DNA of 64,000 nucleotides from Vicugna vicugna (taxonomy: Eukaryota), in the NCBI GenBank assembly GCA_013265495.1, contig MU058423.1, positions 3,177,061 through 3,241,060 of the forward strand. Direction: 5' to 3'. The position numbers and the translations under genes are program-made. The notes below the pieces were generated by a model that saw nothing but the letters and a program-made list of their open reading frames with translations, ran no database searches and had not been told where the DNA came from. Of the stretch, positions 1-13,423 are shown one piece after another; position 1 is the first letter of the stretch; each line of letters begins with the position of its first letter.

Positions 1-2
1 AT

Positions 3-899
3 CATAAGTTTAGCTCAAAAAATGACACCCCTCATATCTCAAATCAAATTAATTTAGCAGCAGAAGACCCACAAGAAAAGGCTACACATAGAGAGACCTG
101 CAGGAAGGGAGACATGGCCACGACGCTGGATAAAATGACTGAAAATCCTGTCAGCACAAAATGTGTTAAAGAGGAACCATGCCCCATGAATCTTCATGGT
201 CCAGCTAATGAAGGAGACCCTTCAAAGTCCAACATTTCTGATATTTTACTCCATCATCTTTGCAAAGAGGAATTCTCAAGAGGTCAAGGTATTAATTGTG
301 AAACTCTCCCAGAGATCTCTCCTGCTGACAGTTTTGATGAGGCTACTAAAAATACTATTTTGCAGCATGTTAAGAATTCTTGGCCAACAGAACAATCCCC
401 AGAACTCAGTGACCAACTTGATCCCAAAAGGGATGGTGAAAACAGCAATCACCCTATTTGTTCTCCAACCACGACAGAAGAAAACACCTCTGATTTAGAA
501 GAGCCAGTGACTGATGGAGAAGGCAGCTATCAAGAAAATTCAAATTTTCTAACTAAAATCAAGAGTACAAGTGACAAACAAAAAAGTTGCCAAGGGAAGA
601 CACCCCCAAAACAGCAGGGTGGAAAGGCAAGTTCAGGCAACAGGTTCAAATATGGCCAAGGTCAAGTTCATTACTGGTTCTCTGATTACTGGTTCTCTAA
701 GGTTGCTCCCAAAGTGAAAATTCCTAAAAATAACATCATTGATAAACCACCTACAGCAGATAAACAAGCCTGTTTCTCTCCTACATTGAGATATAAGTCA
801 GCTATCGTGCAAGGTATTTCAGAACGCACATCTAGGTCAAATTACGTTGAAAAACAAGAGGAGAAATGGAAAACTACTGAACTTTCACAACAGATAGAG
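3..899 (+). CDS. AKNAD1: AKNAD1 large first coding exon (5'-partial; frame open from the window edge, so ATG 114 is probably internal)
   Basis: Translation ...PANEGDPSKSNISDILLHHL...FKYGQGQVHY...APKVKIPKN...SQQIE resembles recalled human AKNAD1. No stop in frame from position 3. Donor GAG|gtgagt at 899/900, phase 0. Confidence 0.93.
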
Positions 900-2639
900 G
901 TGAGTGAAAGAAGTCTCCAGGAAATACATAATCAGGGCCATTGCTCATTTATATCAGGGTGGGTCTTTGGAAGGTACATGGAACTGAGTTCTGGGTCTGT
1001 GGTTCTGGGTTCTGCACCAGTACCTTGACCTCTTAGAAGCTCAGTAGGTATTGTCACAGGAAGAATCAGGGGCTGGACTAACAACAACACGTAATAGAAT
1101 AAAAGCCAAACACTTTAACCTGGAATTTGAGTTTCCCCATTTTTTAATGTCATCCTACCCTTCTAAACTGAGCTCCCCTCCCCCAGGAGTCATCCTCGGA
1201 TACCTGGCTGGCTCTGCCCTCTCTGAGCTCCTGCCTTACATGGAACATCTCATCTCTGAGCATGAGGACCTGCTCATTTTCATTGCTTCCTTCAATTCCT
1301 CGTTGGCCACAGGACTTTTCAGAATCTCCACCCCCACCAATCACAGGCTTTCCCACCCTTGTTTGTTTAGTATTCTGTCAGAGTGTTTATCTCAGCCTGT
1401 TTTGGACCATAATAATTTGGAAACATTTGTTTCTTCCTCTAGACTTGAAGACTCCAGAAGCAGCAAACTTGTCTTCATTTTTCTAAGTTCCTAATTGCCT
1501 AAGTTCCCCCAGAGGCCTGGCCCTGTGTTTGTATATATTATGCCCTAGGTTATGAATGCTAAATTGAATTGAATTAAGATCTTTAATAACATATTTCAAG
1601 ATTGTTCTATTGGCAACTATTTAGTACAAGATTTTGTTAATGTTTAATTTATACTATTTCCCCTTTCCTCGTCTTCCCATCCTTCCAGCTCCCCTTCCTA
1701 ACACACTCAGGCTCAGGATCTCATTGACTGTTGGAGGTTCAATAGTTAGGTAAGTTTACACTAATGAGAGAGTCAATAGTTTAGTTCTCTGGCACTTTGC
1801 CAGGACTGTGTGATCTTTCTTTTAAGAGTCATATGAAGGGCACCCTGACTGAACACTCTGCCTTTTTCCATTTCCACCCCTTCATGCTTCATCTGCCTTC
1901 TCTTTCAACTGAATGTTCTGGGGAGTTTGAGCAGAACCACCTCACCCCTACCTCCACCCCCCACCCCCCCACATACCTGGAGCCAGCAGCCCACCTGGCC
2001 TTGACTGGAATGCTTCTCTCAGTCTTGGGGAAATCTGCACCCCTGTGACATGGGGAAGACCCCGAGTTCCTCACTCTGCTTGCAGGAGAACACCCCTGGG
2101 TGGGCACAGTCCTCAGTGCCCTGTGGTTAGTAGGGGCAGAATGGATGTCAAGTTCATCCATCTCTGGCAATGGGAGTCTGAAGTCAGGTGTCTGATTCTC
2201 TTCGGTCCTGTCAGTTCAGGTTGGAGAACTGGACCCTGTTGGTTCCATGTCCATCACGTAACTGAGATATTTACAACAATCATCGTCTAGTTTGGCCACT
2301 ATAACAGCTCTCTAGCGTGTTTCTGAGCTATGTGTGTTGGGAACAATGGGCAGACCCTCCAGGTAAATCACTCTGGAATTTGAACGCTTGTCCAATTAGC
2401 CTGTGGTGAGAAAAGGGCATGTCCTGTGTAAACAATTACTATCTTGACACATTTTGGAACTTAATGCATACTGTTTTATATTATTCTCTGGAGTGTGGCT
2501 ACCATTGTGTTCAGTGTTAGTGACAGCACCAGCAACAGAACTGGTGATGAGACCAGCAATGGTTCCTGCCCTTGTGGAGCTTATGGTCTAGTTTTAGGAG
2601 ACATGTCTGAGTATTCCACATAATAATATCAAACATGAT

Positions 2640-2850
2640 AGCAGTAACAGCTAACATGTATTGAATGATTACCACATACCAGGTATTACAGTAACACTCA
2701 ACGTGATGGGGTCGGTTCTATTACCATCCCCATCTTACTGCTGAGGAACTTGAGGTTCACAGTGATGAAGAAATTGCTCTGGGTCACCCGACAGGTAAGT
2801 GTCAGGGTGCAATTCAACCTTGGCATCAGGGCGTCAGCTCTTGACACAAC
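2640..2850 (-). mobile_element. MIR SINE relic
   Basis: agctaacatgtattgaatg...ccccatcttactgctgaggaacttgaggttcac...gggtcaccc, resembling the MIR core in reverse. Confidence 0.6.
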
Positions 2851-2952
2851 ACTGGTTACCTCCACGATGACCAGAACACGTGGGGTCATTCTGAATAATG
2901 GCATCGCTGGTGATTCTCAACAGTAATGTTTTCTTATCCTTTAATTGTGCAG

Positions 2953-2992
2953 ATGGAGCCCACAATACATATCCACCAAGAACATCTTGCAG
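2953..2992 (+). CDS. AKNAD1: AKNAD1 coding exon (MEPTIHIHQEHLA-G)
   Basis: tgcag|ATGGAGCCC...GCAG|gtacta; 40 nt, phase 0 to 1; resembles human MEPIVHIHQELLTG. Confidence 0.88.
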
Positions 2993-3034
2993 GTACTAGT
3001 ATTTTTAAATCTCTTTGATTTAAATATATATTTT

Positions 3035-3275
3035 GGGGGGTGTGAAGGGATAAATTGGGAGTTCGAGACTTGCAGATACTTACTGGTATATACAAAATAC
3101 ATAAACAAGTTTATACTGTATAGCACTGGGAACTATATTTGATATCTTGTAGTAGCTTATGGTGAAAAAGAATATGAAAACAAATACATGTAATGACTGA
3201 AGCACTGTGCTGGACACCAGAAACTGACACAATGTTGTAAACTGACTATATTTCAAAAAAAAAAGTAAAAAAAAA
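3035..3275 (+). mobile_element. 5'-truncated lineage-specific L1 3' end with A-tail
   Basis: ...ctgtatagcactgggaactata...caccagaaactgacacaatgttgtaaactgacta then A-rich tail; similar to the 3' end at ~26330-26570; imperfect TSD aaatatatatttt/aagatacattttt. Confidence 0.75.
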
Positions 3276-3392
3276 GATACATTTTTTGAAAAAAATTATT
3301 TTGATAGCAAACAGTGGTGATTGCCACAGATTTCTGTTTTCAGTTCTTAATAAAATCACAATGATAATCAAAACCTACTCTTTCTTATACAG

Positions 3393-3538
3393 GAGTAGAA
3401 TCTGAGACAAATGTCTCTAAGTTGCCATCTACTTCTCAGAAAGACCATCCCTCAAGTTCTTACATATTTCAAAAGATATCCCAAGGGAAACAGATGTGTC
3501 AGAAGTTAAAAGAACAGACCGATCAACTGAAGACTAAA
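3393..3538 (+). CDS. AKNAD1: AKNAD1 coding exon (VESETNVSKLP...QKISQGKQMCQKLKEQTDQLKTK), start of AKNA-domain region
   Basis: tacag|GA...ACTAAA|gtaata; 146 nt, phase 1 to 0. Confidence 0.93.
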
Positions 3539-3635
3539 GTAATATTTTTAAAGTTTATTATGAATAATAGAAATAATCAAATTCAAACAGGACACCAAGC
3601 CATTAATGAAGCATTGCTTTTTTTTTCCACTGCAG

Positions 3636-3698
3636 GTAAAAGAATTTTCCAAAAGCATAGCACAGGACTCTCCTTATCATTTGCAAGACAGGAGGCTG
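3636..3698 (+). CDS. AKNAD1: AKNAD1 coding exon (VKEFSKSIAQDSPYHLQDRRL)
   Basis: Polypyrimidine tract then tgcag|GTA...CTG|gtaata; 63 nt, phase 0 to 0. Confidence 0.93.
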
Positions 3699-4464
3699 GT
3701 AATAAATTTTATCCTGTTTTTAAAATCTTCATTAGGGAATTTGATGTGGGAAAATACAAATGACTTAACAGCATCTTGTTTTCTCTACATTGGTGGGAGC
3801 GGAAATGCTCTGGCAAGAAATGTTTTGCTGAAGATTAAGCTATCTTTGTGTTACAGGGACTAAGAGAGCTTAGAATTCTATTTCTATATGCATACAGCCC
3901 TTTGTCCTTCTCAAGGGATATATTATTTATGGCTATTATTCCTTAACAGTCATCCCATAATAAGTCTGAGACCATGGTAGGTTCAAGAGAATAACATGTC
4001 ATAAAGGTCAAGCACATCCAGATTTGATGAGTCCTAGGGGATACAGGCTATAAAAATTGCCAGTATCTGAAGATCTTGAAGCTATGCTTTTAAGACCAAA
4101 GTCTTTGACTTTTACATTCTTGCTTGCTGTTGCCTTTAATCAAATCACTAATTTATGTTGTAACCACAGACTTGTTCCTCAGTGCCAGGGTCATGGGAAG
4201 TGGGAGTGAAGCATGGCAACGGGACAAAGATCTGACACTGCTAGGGGGAAAAAAAGCTGAAGAGTTGTTTAGGCCATTGGATCAGCAACAATACAGGTGG
4301 CCAGAAGTCCTGATGTAAAGGACATGAGAAAAGCTCAGGGCAGGCTGTGCTTCAGAAATCAGGCAGCACAGACAAAAACTAATGTTAATTAGTTAAAGTA
4401 TGCCCAAATGTTAAGAGGCATACTTCATTATTTATTCTTTTGTCATATTAATCAAATAACTCAT

Positions 4465-5800
4465 ATGTTCATTCAACAAACATCTATGGGGGTACTTTCT
4501 ATGACCCAGACTCTATACCAGGCAGTAGAAATTTGGAGATAAAGAAACAATTTCTTTTTCAAGTGGCTTACAGTCTCCTAGGAACAAAAGATCGGCAAAT
4601 AGACAAGTAACATACAGCTTGAGGAAGGTTACATATGGTGCTCATGGCAGCCTTGAAGGGGCTCACCCTTGCCAGTTAGAGGGCACTTTGGAAGGCTTCC
4701 TGGAAGTGACCTCTGAGCTAGGCACTGTAGGAAGAATATGAGTAAGCTTGGCAGAGTAGGGGCAAAGGTGTTCCAGGAAAAGGAATCAGCAGGTGCAATG
4801 GCCCAGGGACAAGAAAGTGCTGAGGGCGTGAGGAACTGTATGACTCTGTAATTGACCAGATGGAGCTCAGGGGGGAGGGAGGAGACTAGGGAGGTAGATA
4901 AGGACCACATCCTGAAAAACCTTTACCCCATGCTGAGGAGCTTAGATTAATTTCATTCTGAGATGGAGTGAAGGGGCAACAGTAGAGGATTTAAAGCTGA
5001 GAACAGCAGTCACCATGGGGGCAAGACAATAGGGACAGAGATTGTCTAGAAAGTCATAATCTAGGCAACAAGTTATGAGGTCCTAAACCAAGGCTGGCAA
5101 TGAGGATGGCGAGGGGGCCAAGTCTAAAAATTTAAGAAAGTGGTGGCAGATTGATTGCGGTAAACAAAGGAAGGGAGGAGGTTTGGATGAGTTCCAGATT
5201 TCTAGCTTGGGTAACAAAGGTCAGGAATAAAAGTAGAGGATCCAGTTCTGAATGGGTGTGGGAGGAAGGCAGGAGGCAAGATGTCAAGTTCAGTTCGGGA
5301 CATTTTGAGGTACCTATAGGACATCCGATTGGAGAGGTCCAGTAGGCAATTAGAGCAATGGATCTGAACCTCGGAGGAGTTGTCTGGGTCAGAAATGTAG
5401 ATGTGGGTATAGTTGTAGGCTGAAGCTGTGAGGTGTAGGAGGCTGCCTAGGCAAACATGCAGAGGAAGCAGTGAAGAAATCCAAGGACAGAATCATGGGA
5501 AACCGCAACCAGGGGCAGGTAAAAAAAGAGGGGTCCACAAAGGAGACTGATGGGGAGGGACCCAGAAGGCCAAGGCAGACCTGGAAGGGGCTGAACTATA
5601 GAAGCCAAGAGGAAAGAGGGTTTTGAGAAGAGGGGAGGGGGCCTCACCATCAAATGTTCAAGCAAGGAAGGAAAGCAAGGTGTGCATTGGGCCTGGCAAC
5701 CAAGAAGTCATGAGGGACCTTGGCAACCCTGATTTCAATGAAGTGGTGGATCTATGGACACCAGATTGTGGGAGTTAACAAGTGGATGATAAAGGAGATC
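4465..5800 (-). mobile_element. L2 LINE relic
   Basis: Starts with the reverse L2 3' end (ttcattcaacaaacat...), followed by purine-rich L2-like body (ggaaggcttcctggaag, gagttccagatttctagcttgggtaac). Confidence 0.65.
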
Positions 5801-8175
5801 TCCAAACCCCCAGGCTTTCAAGAAACTGGGAGAACATAGAATTGTAAAGGGTCAAGCAAAGCAGAGAATTGGTTCAAAGCATTAGCCTTCTGAGGCCTTG
5901 ATTCAGGGAAGTTTCTTCCTGTGTTAGAGGGTGTGTGAGGATTCATGTTGGGACTGAGAGGAGAGTCAAGGTGACTCCTGACAGCGTCAGCCTTGGCCTG
6001 AGAGATCCAGGCCCATTTGCTTCCCTGGTGGAGGAAGGCCAGACGGGGCTAAAACTAACCTTCTCAGTGCAAGCAGCACAACATCGTAGAAAGCATTTGG
6101 CTTTTGGAGCAGACATCCTAGTTCTATGTATTGGTTGTACGATCTTAGACACGTAGCATGTGTTCCCATCTCAGAGTTAAGAGAGTTAAATGAGCTACAT
6201 TTATGGCAAGAAAACTATGCCCTAACTTCTTCCGAGCTATAACACAATTAAAATTCCAAGAGCCTAAATTATAATTCATAACTGGCTTTCTTCACTTTCC
6301 TCTTCCCTGTAAACACCTAGTCCCTCCTCATGGCTTTAACCACCATTTTCATGCTCCCAATTCCTGAATCACTTCTCACCTATGGCTCCAAATGTGTGTG
6401 CTGATCTTCATCTGGATTCCCCACTCTCACTGAATGTTCTGCCTTGTCCAACAGTGACACCGTCATTCAAACCTGCTGACCTTTCCAGATTCCTCATTTT
6501 TGTTGAGGGGTTCACATTCTTCCTGCCTCCCAAGATGGAAACCTAAGCACTGTCTGCGAGATTTACGGTTCAGTCAGGGTCCTGGCAGGGACAAGATGGC
6601 TTCCTCCAGTGGAGTAAGGGAGAGTTTCGTAAGGCGTTATTTTACAACAGTGCAGGCAAGGTTAAGGGAGACCAAGCAGGGACAGAAGCATCTCATGGAA
6701 GGACCGCGGGGCAGAGGGACAGAAGAAGGGCAGATAACGGAGCACAAAGAGGGTAGCGAAAGTGGTGACAGTAGCTGCCAAGTCCTGCAGCTTCTCACAG
6801 CGCAGCACAGACAATCCATGATGATACAGGCAGGAGGACATCAGGAGATAAAGATCCCTACCTGGTCCTTCTTCACTTCCTCTCTTTCGCTGCTGCCTTC
6901 CATTGGCTGAAACCAACCAAAGCACAGGAGCCTGTGTTGATACCGTCCATCGAAGGCCAGCCTCCTGGCTGGGGCACAGGGAAAGATGGAGGGTGGGTCT
7001 GGGGGGAAAATGAAAAACATCTATCACACTTGCCACTTTTTTATACCCTGTAGCCAATATACTTCTAAACTTGTGTATTTATTTTAATAAGAGTAAGAAT
7101 TAATTACAATGACGATGACAGCTACCACGTGTTGAGTATGTACTATGCTCCTCACACGGCATTGTCTCATTTAATTTTCACAATATGAGGTGAGGGCTAC
7201 TATATCAAATGAGAAAGCTGAGGCTCAGAGTTCAAGTTGACTGAAATCATAAATCAGTAGGTAACAGTCTGGACTTGAACCCTGGTGTGTCTGATCCTGT
7301 AACTCCATGATGCTACATTCTTGCCCTTGGCAATATCTCTTCAGTTCATCCTTTCCGCTCCATTTTCACAGCTACTGTCTGGTCCAAGCCCTCCTGAGCA
7401 TCCTTAGGCCTGACTTAAATCTCACTTCTTCCATTGAGCCATAGCAAAGTGCTCCATTCCATGGTCTCTCTTCCCAACTGGAATAAAATCCCCGAGATCA
7501 GAGGCTGTGCCTGATACAACTCTGTCAAACATGGGCGGGGCTCAGGGAACGTTTAGCGACTAGGGCAGTGGGAATGTAGCCTCTACATCAAGATTGGATC
7601 CTGACCTGCACAGTTTAAACATTCATCTGCATGAGGCTGCATCTGGAAAACCCATTTGAAGCTCTTGGCTAAACTTCCTGATGTTCCTTCCATATCTCAC
7701 CCTCTAAGTGCCATGGATTCAATCCCAGGTCCTCTAACTTCAGTTCTTTTTTAAGATCCATGTGGTTTGTAACAATTTCTAGAGCTCTAATTTCCTCCTC
7801 TATAAAACTAGGATAATAAAATCTCCTTTACCATATTTACAACACTGATGTGTGGATTAAATAAGATAGTGAAGGGGAAAGTACTCTATAAGCAAAAAAT
7901 CATTCTGCAAACACGTAGGATTATTAATGTCCCAATAATGAAATTCAGAGGCCTCCGAGTGGGTTATAGGAGAGAAATCAGAAATAACTGTACTTTTCAA
8001 CTGTGTGCCACAAGGGTGTCGTGAATGTTGTGATGGTTCTCAGGTTGGCTGTATTTTAGATGGATGGTGGCTTCGTTCTGACACTACTGTATGAAATACC
8101 CTCATTGTGTCTTGGGGAAAAACAATTACACACACAGGCTTACACGTGAATGATTCCAGTACTTCACTGCAACAG

Positions 8176-8309
8176 GTCTTGGAGAAACTGCAGGGACATC
8201 TTGAGCTGCTGGAGCAGGAGTTTCTGGCCAACAAGGAGAAGCACCTGACTTTAAAGCAGCAAGTCCATGAACATGAATTCCCAGTGGTTGATGACTTTGA
8301 CCCACAAAG
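8176..8309 (+). CDS. AKNAD1: AKNAD1 coding exon (VLEKLQGHLELLEQEFLANKEKHLTLKQQVHEHEFPVVDDFDPQ-R), coiled-coil-like
   Basis: aacag|GTC...CAAAG|gtcagg; 134 nt, phase 0 to 2. Confidence 0.93.
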
Positions 8310-10259
8310 GTCAGGCTTAAGCTGCATGAGGTGGAAGGGTCAGAGGTGACCTTGTTTGGGTGGGATTCTGAGGTGGCTGCTGGCTTAGTGCTTGGAGAGA
8401 CACTGGTCTTGGGTCAGCAAAAACTGTGCCACTATTGAACAAGTGTCATCCCATGCAACAGGCAGGATGGAATTCCTGCTGTGTAAGGTTCTGTGCTGGG
8501 CACTGACCCAGATAGAGTGCCCCATGTGAACAACTGTCTCCTGGATGAGAGACATTGTGCTGCCATCTTGCTTTTTGTTGGATGTCATTACAGTTGAGGC
8601 CCAGAAGAGCACAAGAAAACCCTAGAAAGGCTCATGCTAACCCCAGAAGTCCCTCCCCTCTCCAAGCTCCTCCTGTCCTTGTCCTCTCCTTCACCCCCCT
8701 CCTGCCTTTATTTCCCCACTTGGTTTTTCTCTTCTGTCTCTTGTTTTTTCCTCTTTTCCCTCCACCTACAGACAATGGGCAGGGAAGAACCTTTGTTAGG
8801 TTGTTAATATTGGGGTGAGGACTCTCAAATCCTGATACAGGCAAAATGTTAAGCTAGGAGTCAAATGATTCCTGAATTAATTCACATCAGAAATGTGAGT
8901 GCACACTCATATTGAAGTTTCCAGCTGGCCATTTTGATGGCACCATGCTCCTCTCCAACCCAAATAATTTTAAGATGTGTTCCAGGACTCAAGGCTAGGA
9001 TTATTTCCATATAATTTCCTGGTATGAATTAAAAGAACCCATTTAATAGGCTTAACATTTGTAAGCTCAGCTCTTTCTATTCATAGCCTTTTAACACGAA
9101 TTCATTCTTGATACTAAAATATTTTAATGGTTTCTATTTTGGCACTAGCGTCCTGAGCTATTTTTCCCAAAGTACAACTTCACTTTTTCAAAATGAATGA
9201 AATCTCTGTCTATTGTTATTTCAATACTGAGTAATTAGACAGCAAAGGTGTGGTTTTAATATTGATTTCTTTTCCCCCAAAGGCTTCTTTTTCTCTTGGA
9301 AAAAATGATCACCACATGTTTTCACTATTTGTTTAAAAACTAATAGAGTAAGGATATTTATTTTCCAAGAAATCCCACTTCTTTTGGCAGTCGTTTTAAA
9401 GACAGCGCTCTGTGCACGTTAAGACCAAAATTATGCAATGCCTTATTTATAACCTAGTTACACCCACACTGTGCCTGGCCCTAGCATAAATCAAAAGAGT
9501 TTCAACTGCAATTAGATTCCATATACAGGAGAAGCTTTCAACACTGGGTCAAGGGAAGGACTCAGCCTCTCCCAAAACTCACCTCAGAGCCACCTCAGAG
9601 CAAGCAGAAGGTGCCCAGGTCCTCCTGTTCTCAAATGGGCAAAATGTGGCAATGAACAGAACCCAGTCCAACCCTTGAGGTCTCAGTATGTTGAGAACCT
9701 TCTAAATGATGAGTTCAAGGGCCACTGTCAATGACTATCTGTAAAGGAAAGAATTCTGCAAATTAATTGACTAATTGCTTAAGTCAGCTATTGTGCTCTT
9801 ATTAAAACCTTCTTATTGCCTTTGAAAGGTAATATTCAAAAATTTTTGTTTGGATTTCATGCCTTTTGTTTGTCAGAATGTAGTCTGATAGTCATTCAGT
9901 TCCTTCACAAACTAAAACCAGAAGCCAAAGAGTCAACAAATGGGGTTCTACCTCCATCAGTCCGTTCTCCCTGATACCATCAGCATTCAATCTTATCTGC
10001 TATTTTACAGAAAAGATCACAAATTCCCTCAAAAAAAAGTCTTTTCTCCACCTCTGGATCTGCCTGTTTCCCCTCCTCTTTCTTCCTTCACTCACCTTCC
10101 AGCCTCTCCAGCCTTGGTCCTTGAGCCCATCTCCTCCTCACGCCATCATTTCACTTCCTTTAAATTTTCAGTCTCTCTTTGTCACCTACTGATTTCTTTT
10201 CTGCCTGCTAGGTTAGAACACATTTTTCTATATTTCATTTGATTATCAATATAGTTTCT

Positions 10260-11361
10260 CATGCTTAGATCTTTGTCCCACCAGTCATTGAATAGGGCAG
10301 CCTTTCCCCACTGGTTGAAAAGCCACTTTTACTGCAAACAAAACCCCCATGTGAACATGGGACTGGTTCTATTCTCACCATAGACCTATGTTTCTATTTC
10401 TACATTAATCACATAGTTCTAAATTACTATAGGTTAGTGTATATTTTAAAATGTGTCTTCTTTTTTAAACTTTCTTTAGCCATTCTTGCATACTCTTCTT
10501 ATTAATGAACTTTATAAATCAGCACACCAAATTTCTTTAATAAAATTCCATTCGAATTTTGTTTAGGATTGTGTTGAATTTACAGATTAGTTTGAGAAGA
10601 GTCAAAATCTTTGCAATGAGTATTCCCGTGCCATTCCTATGAAAACATCCCCAGCATGTTTTCTTTGTGTTGATTTTACGAGTTTTGTTAAATTTGCTCT
10701 TAGCTATTTTATACTTTTCCTGTGTATTGTGAATAGATGTTTTCCCTAATCCATATACAGGAAATAAAGAGAATTGTATTTAACTTGTACAGGGCTACCT
10801 AATGCAATTCTGTTCTTAGTGTTTGATTTTCAGCTGATTGTCAGGTTTTAAACATGACAATCACAGCTTCTGAAAATAATGACATGTCCCCTCAACTTCC
10901 CTCTATCCCCTAAATATTTATACTTTATATGTTTCTTCCCTCCAACTCTTACATATCACATTTATTTTTATTGATTTATTTCATTTGCTAGTTTTTCTAA
11001 AATAATATTGAATAACACTAGTGAAAGCAATCATTCTTGCCATGTTCCTAATGGTAATGGGAATTCTTCCAAGGATGGTGACTGCTATAGGTTCAAGTAG
11101 ATCAGCTTATCAATAAAGTTTCCTTCTATTCCTGGTTTACTAGAGTTAGATTTTTTTTTAATTTAGTAAAATTTAATCAAATGAGATTTATAAATCTCTT
11201 CAATCTCCTTTAATCTATTAATATAATAAAATATATTAATAAATATCCTAATGTTTATCTATAGGATGAGATGGGAAATTTTCCCTTTTCTTTTTATGTT
11301 CCAGAAGAGTTACTTAAAGTCTTTGTTGAACTGATCCACAATCCCACTTAGATTTGGTGCC
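10260..11361 (-). mobile_element. Old L1 (L1ME-like) ORF2 relic, left part
   Basis: T-rich reverse L1 motifs (ggattgtgttgaatttacagattagtttgag, aagtttccttctattcctggtttactagag). Confidence 0.65.
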
Positions 11362-12642
11362 ATGTGAGGGGCAAAACTACGAAACTCCTAAAAGATAACA
11401 TAGGGGAATACCTAGATGACCTTGGTTATGGTGATGATTTTTGAGATACAACACCAAAGGCACAATCCATGAAAGAAATAACTGGTAAGCTAGACTTCAT
11501 TAAAACAAAAAACTTCTGCTCTGTGAAAGACAATGTAAAGAGAATGAGAAAACAAGACACTGGGAGAAAATATTGGCAAAACACACTTCTGATAAAGGAC
11601 TGTTAGCCAATATACAAAGAACACTTAAAACTCAACATTAAGAAACAAACAATTAAAAAATGTGCTAAAGATTTTAACAGACACTTCACCCACAAAGAAA
11701 ATATATGCATGGTGAATAACCATATGAAAAGATGCTCCACAACATATATCATCAGGGAAATGCAAATTGAAACAACAATGAGATATATTACACACCTATT
11801 AGAATGGCTGAAATCCAAAACACTGACAACAATAAATGCTGGTGAGGATGTAGAGCAATAGGAACTCTCTTTTATTGCTGGTGGAAATGCAGTGTTGCAG
11901 CCACTTTGGAAGACAGTTTGGCAGTTTCTTTCAAAACTAAATATCCTCTTGCCATATGATCCAGCAGTCAGGCTCCTTGGTATTTACTCAAAGGAGATGA
12001 AAACTTATGTCCACACAAAAACATGCACATGGGTGTTTCAAGCAGCTATATTCAGAATTGTCAAAACTTGGAAGCAACCAAGATGTCATTCAGTAGGTGA
12101 AATGATAAACAAATGGTTGTACATCCAGACAATGGATTATTTGCGCTAAAAAGAAAAGAGCTATCAAGTCATGAAAAAACATGGAGGAAATTTAAATGCA
12201 TATTACTAAAAGAGAAGCCAATCTGAAAAGGCTACATATTGCATGACTCCAATTATGTGACATTCTGGAAAAGGCAAAACTATGGCAACAATAAGATCAG
12301 TGGTTGCTATGGGTTAGAGTGGGGGGATGGTTAAACAAGTGGATTACAAAGGATTTTTAGGGCAGTGAAAATACTCTGTATGACATCATAAAGATGGATA
12401 CATGTCATTTTACATTTGTTCAAACCTTTAGAATGTACAACGCCAAGAGTGAATCCCAATGTAAACTGTAAGACTTTGGGTGATTATGATGTGTCAGTGT
12501 AGGTTCATCAATTGTAACAAATGTACCACTCTGGTGGGGATGTTGATAATGGGGAATCTATGCATGTGTGGAGGCAGAGGGTATATGGAAAATCTCTGTA
12601 TATTCTCTCAATTTTGCCGACAAGCTAAAACTGCTCAAAAAA
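11362..12642 (+). mobile_element. L1 (L1MB/L1MC-like) ORF2 end plus 3'UTR, inside the inverted block
   Basis: [23 protein letters not shown]...YVHTKTCT in ORF 11892; old-type L1 3'UTR ending aaaactgctcaaaaaa. Confidence 0.85.
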
Positions 12643-13412
12643 TGGTGTATATAATAAGTTACACCATTCACATTCTCTAATCACTGGAATTAATAACAAA
12701 AAGATAAACTAATGGGAAAATTTTAACACCCACCTAAATAATTATAATGTTAAATAGGAAATAAAAATGGAGATTAGGAATAATATACAAGTCAATAATA
12801 AATGAGAAAACAACATATGAAAACTAATGTAATGCAGCTAAAGCAGTACTCTGAGGAAAATTTCTAGTTTGAAAATTAATTTATTAGGGGGGAAGTTCAA
12901 AATCAATAAACTAAGTACTCAAAACAGGAAGGCAAAAAATTATAACAAAATAAACCTTTAAAAGGAAGAGATTCATAAAAGGAAGGAGAAATAAGTGAAA
13001 TTTAAAAGAATTTGATCAATAAAACATTTTCTTTGAATATATCTATAAAGTAAACCACTGGAAAGTCTGATTGAAAAGTATAAATAACATTAAGAATGAG
13101 AAAGGAAAAATACCAGAAGAAAAATTTAAAATCAAATGGGACTGAACAACTTCATATCAACCTGGTTTAAAATCTAGATGAAATGGACAAGTCTAGGAAA
13201 ATATACATTACTAAAATCTGCCCAAGAGGAGGTAGGACATCTGAAAAGACTAATAATCAGAGAAAAATAGAAAAGATTGTAAAAAAAATCAAACCCCAAA
13301 AAGGTACCAAATCCAAGTGAGATTATGGGTGAATTTAACAATGACTTTAAGGAACTCTTCTAGAACATAAAAAGGGAAAATTTCCCAACTCATTCTAAAG
13401 ATAAACATAATC
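12643..13412 (+). mobile_element. Old L1 ORF2 relic, inverted relative to its flanking parts
   Basis: aatgcagctaaagcagtactctgaggaaaattt and aatctagatgaaatggacaa are L1 ORF2 motifs. Confidence 0.65.
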
Positions 13413-13423
13413 CTTCTCTTCCT

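Noticed and set aside
114..1028. 304-aa ORF as a complete single-exon gene
   Set aside because: The frame is open upstream of the ATG, and the part after 899 is intron read-through past a gtgagt donor; it is an AKNAD1 exon.
1051..1494. 147-aa ORF
   Set aside because: Non-ATG start, intronic, partly L2-like sequence, no recognisable protein features.
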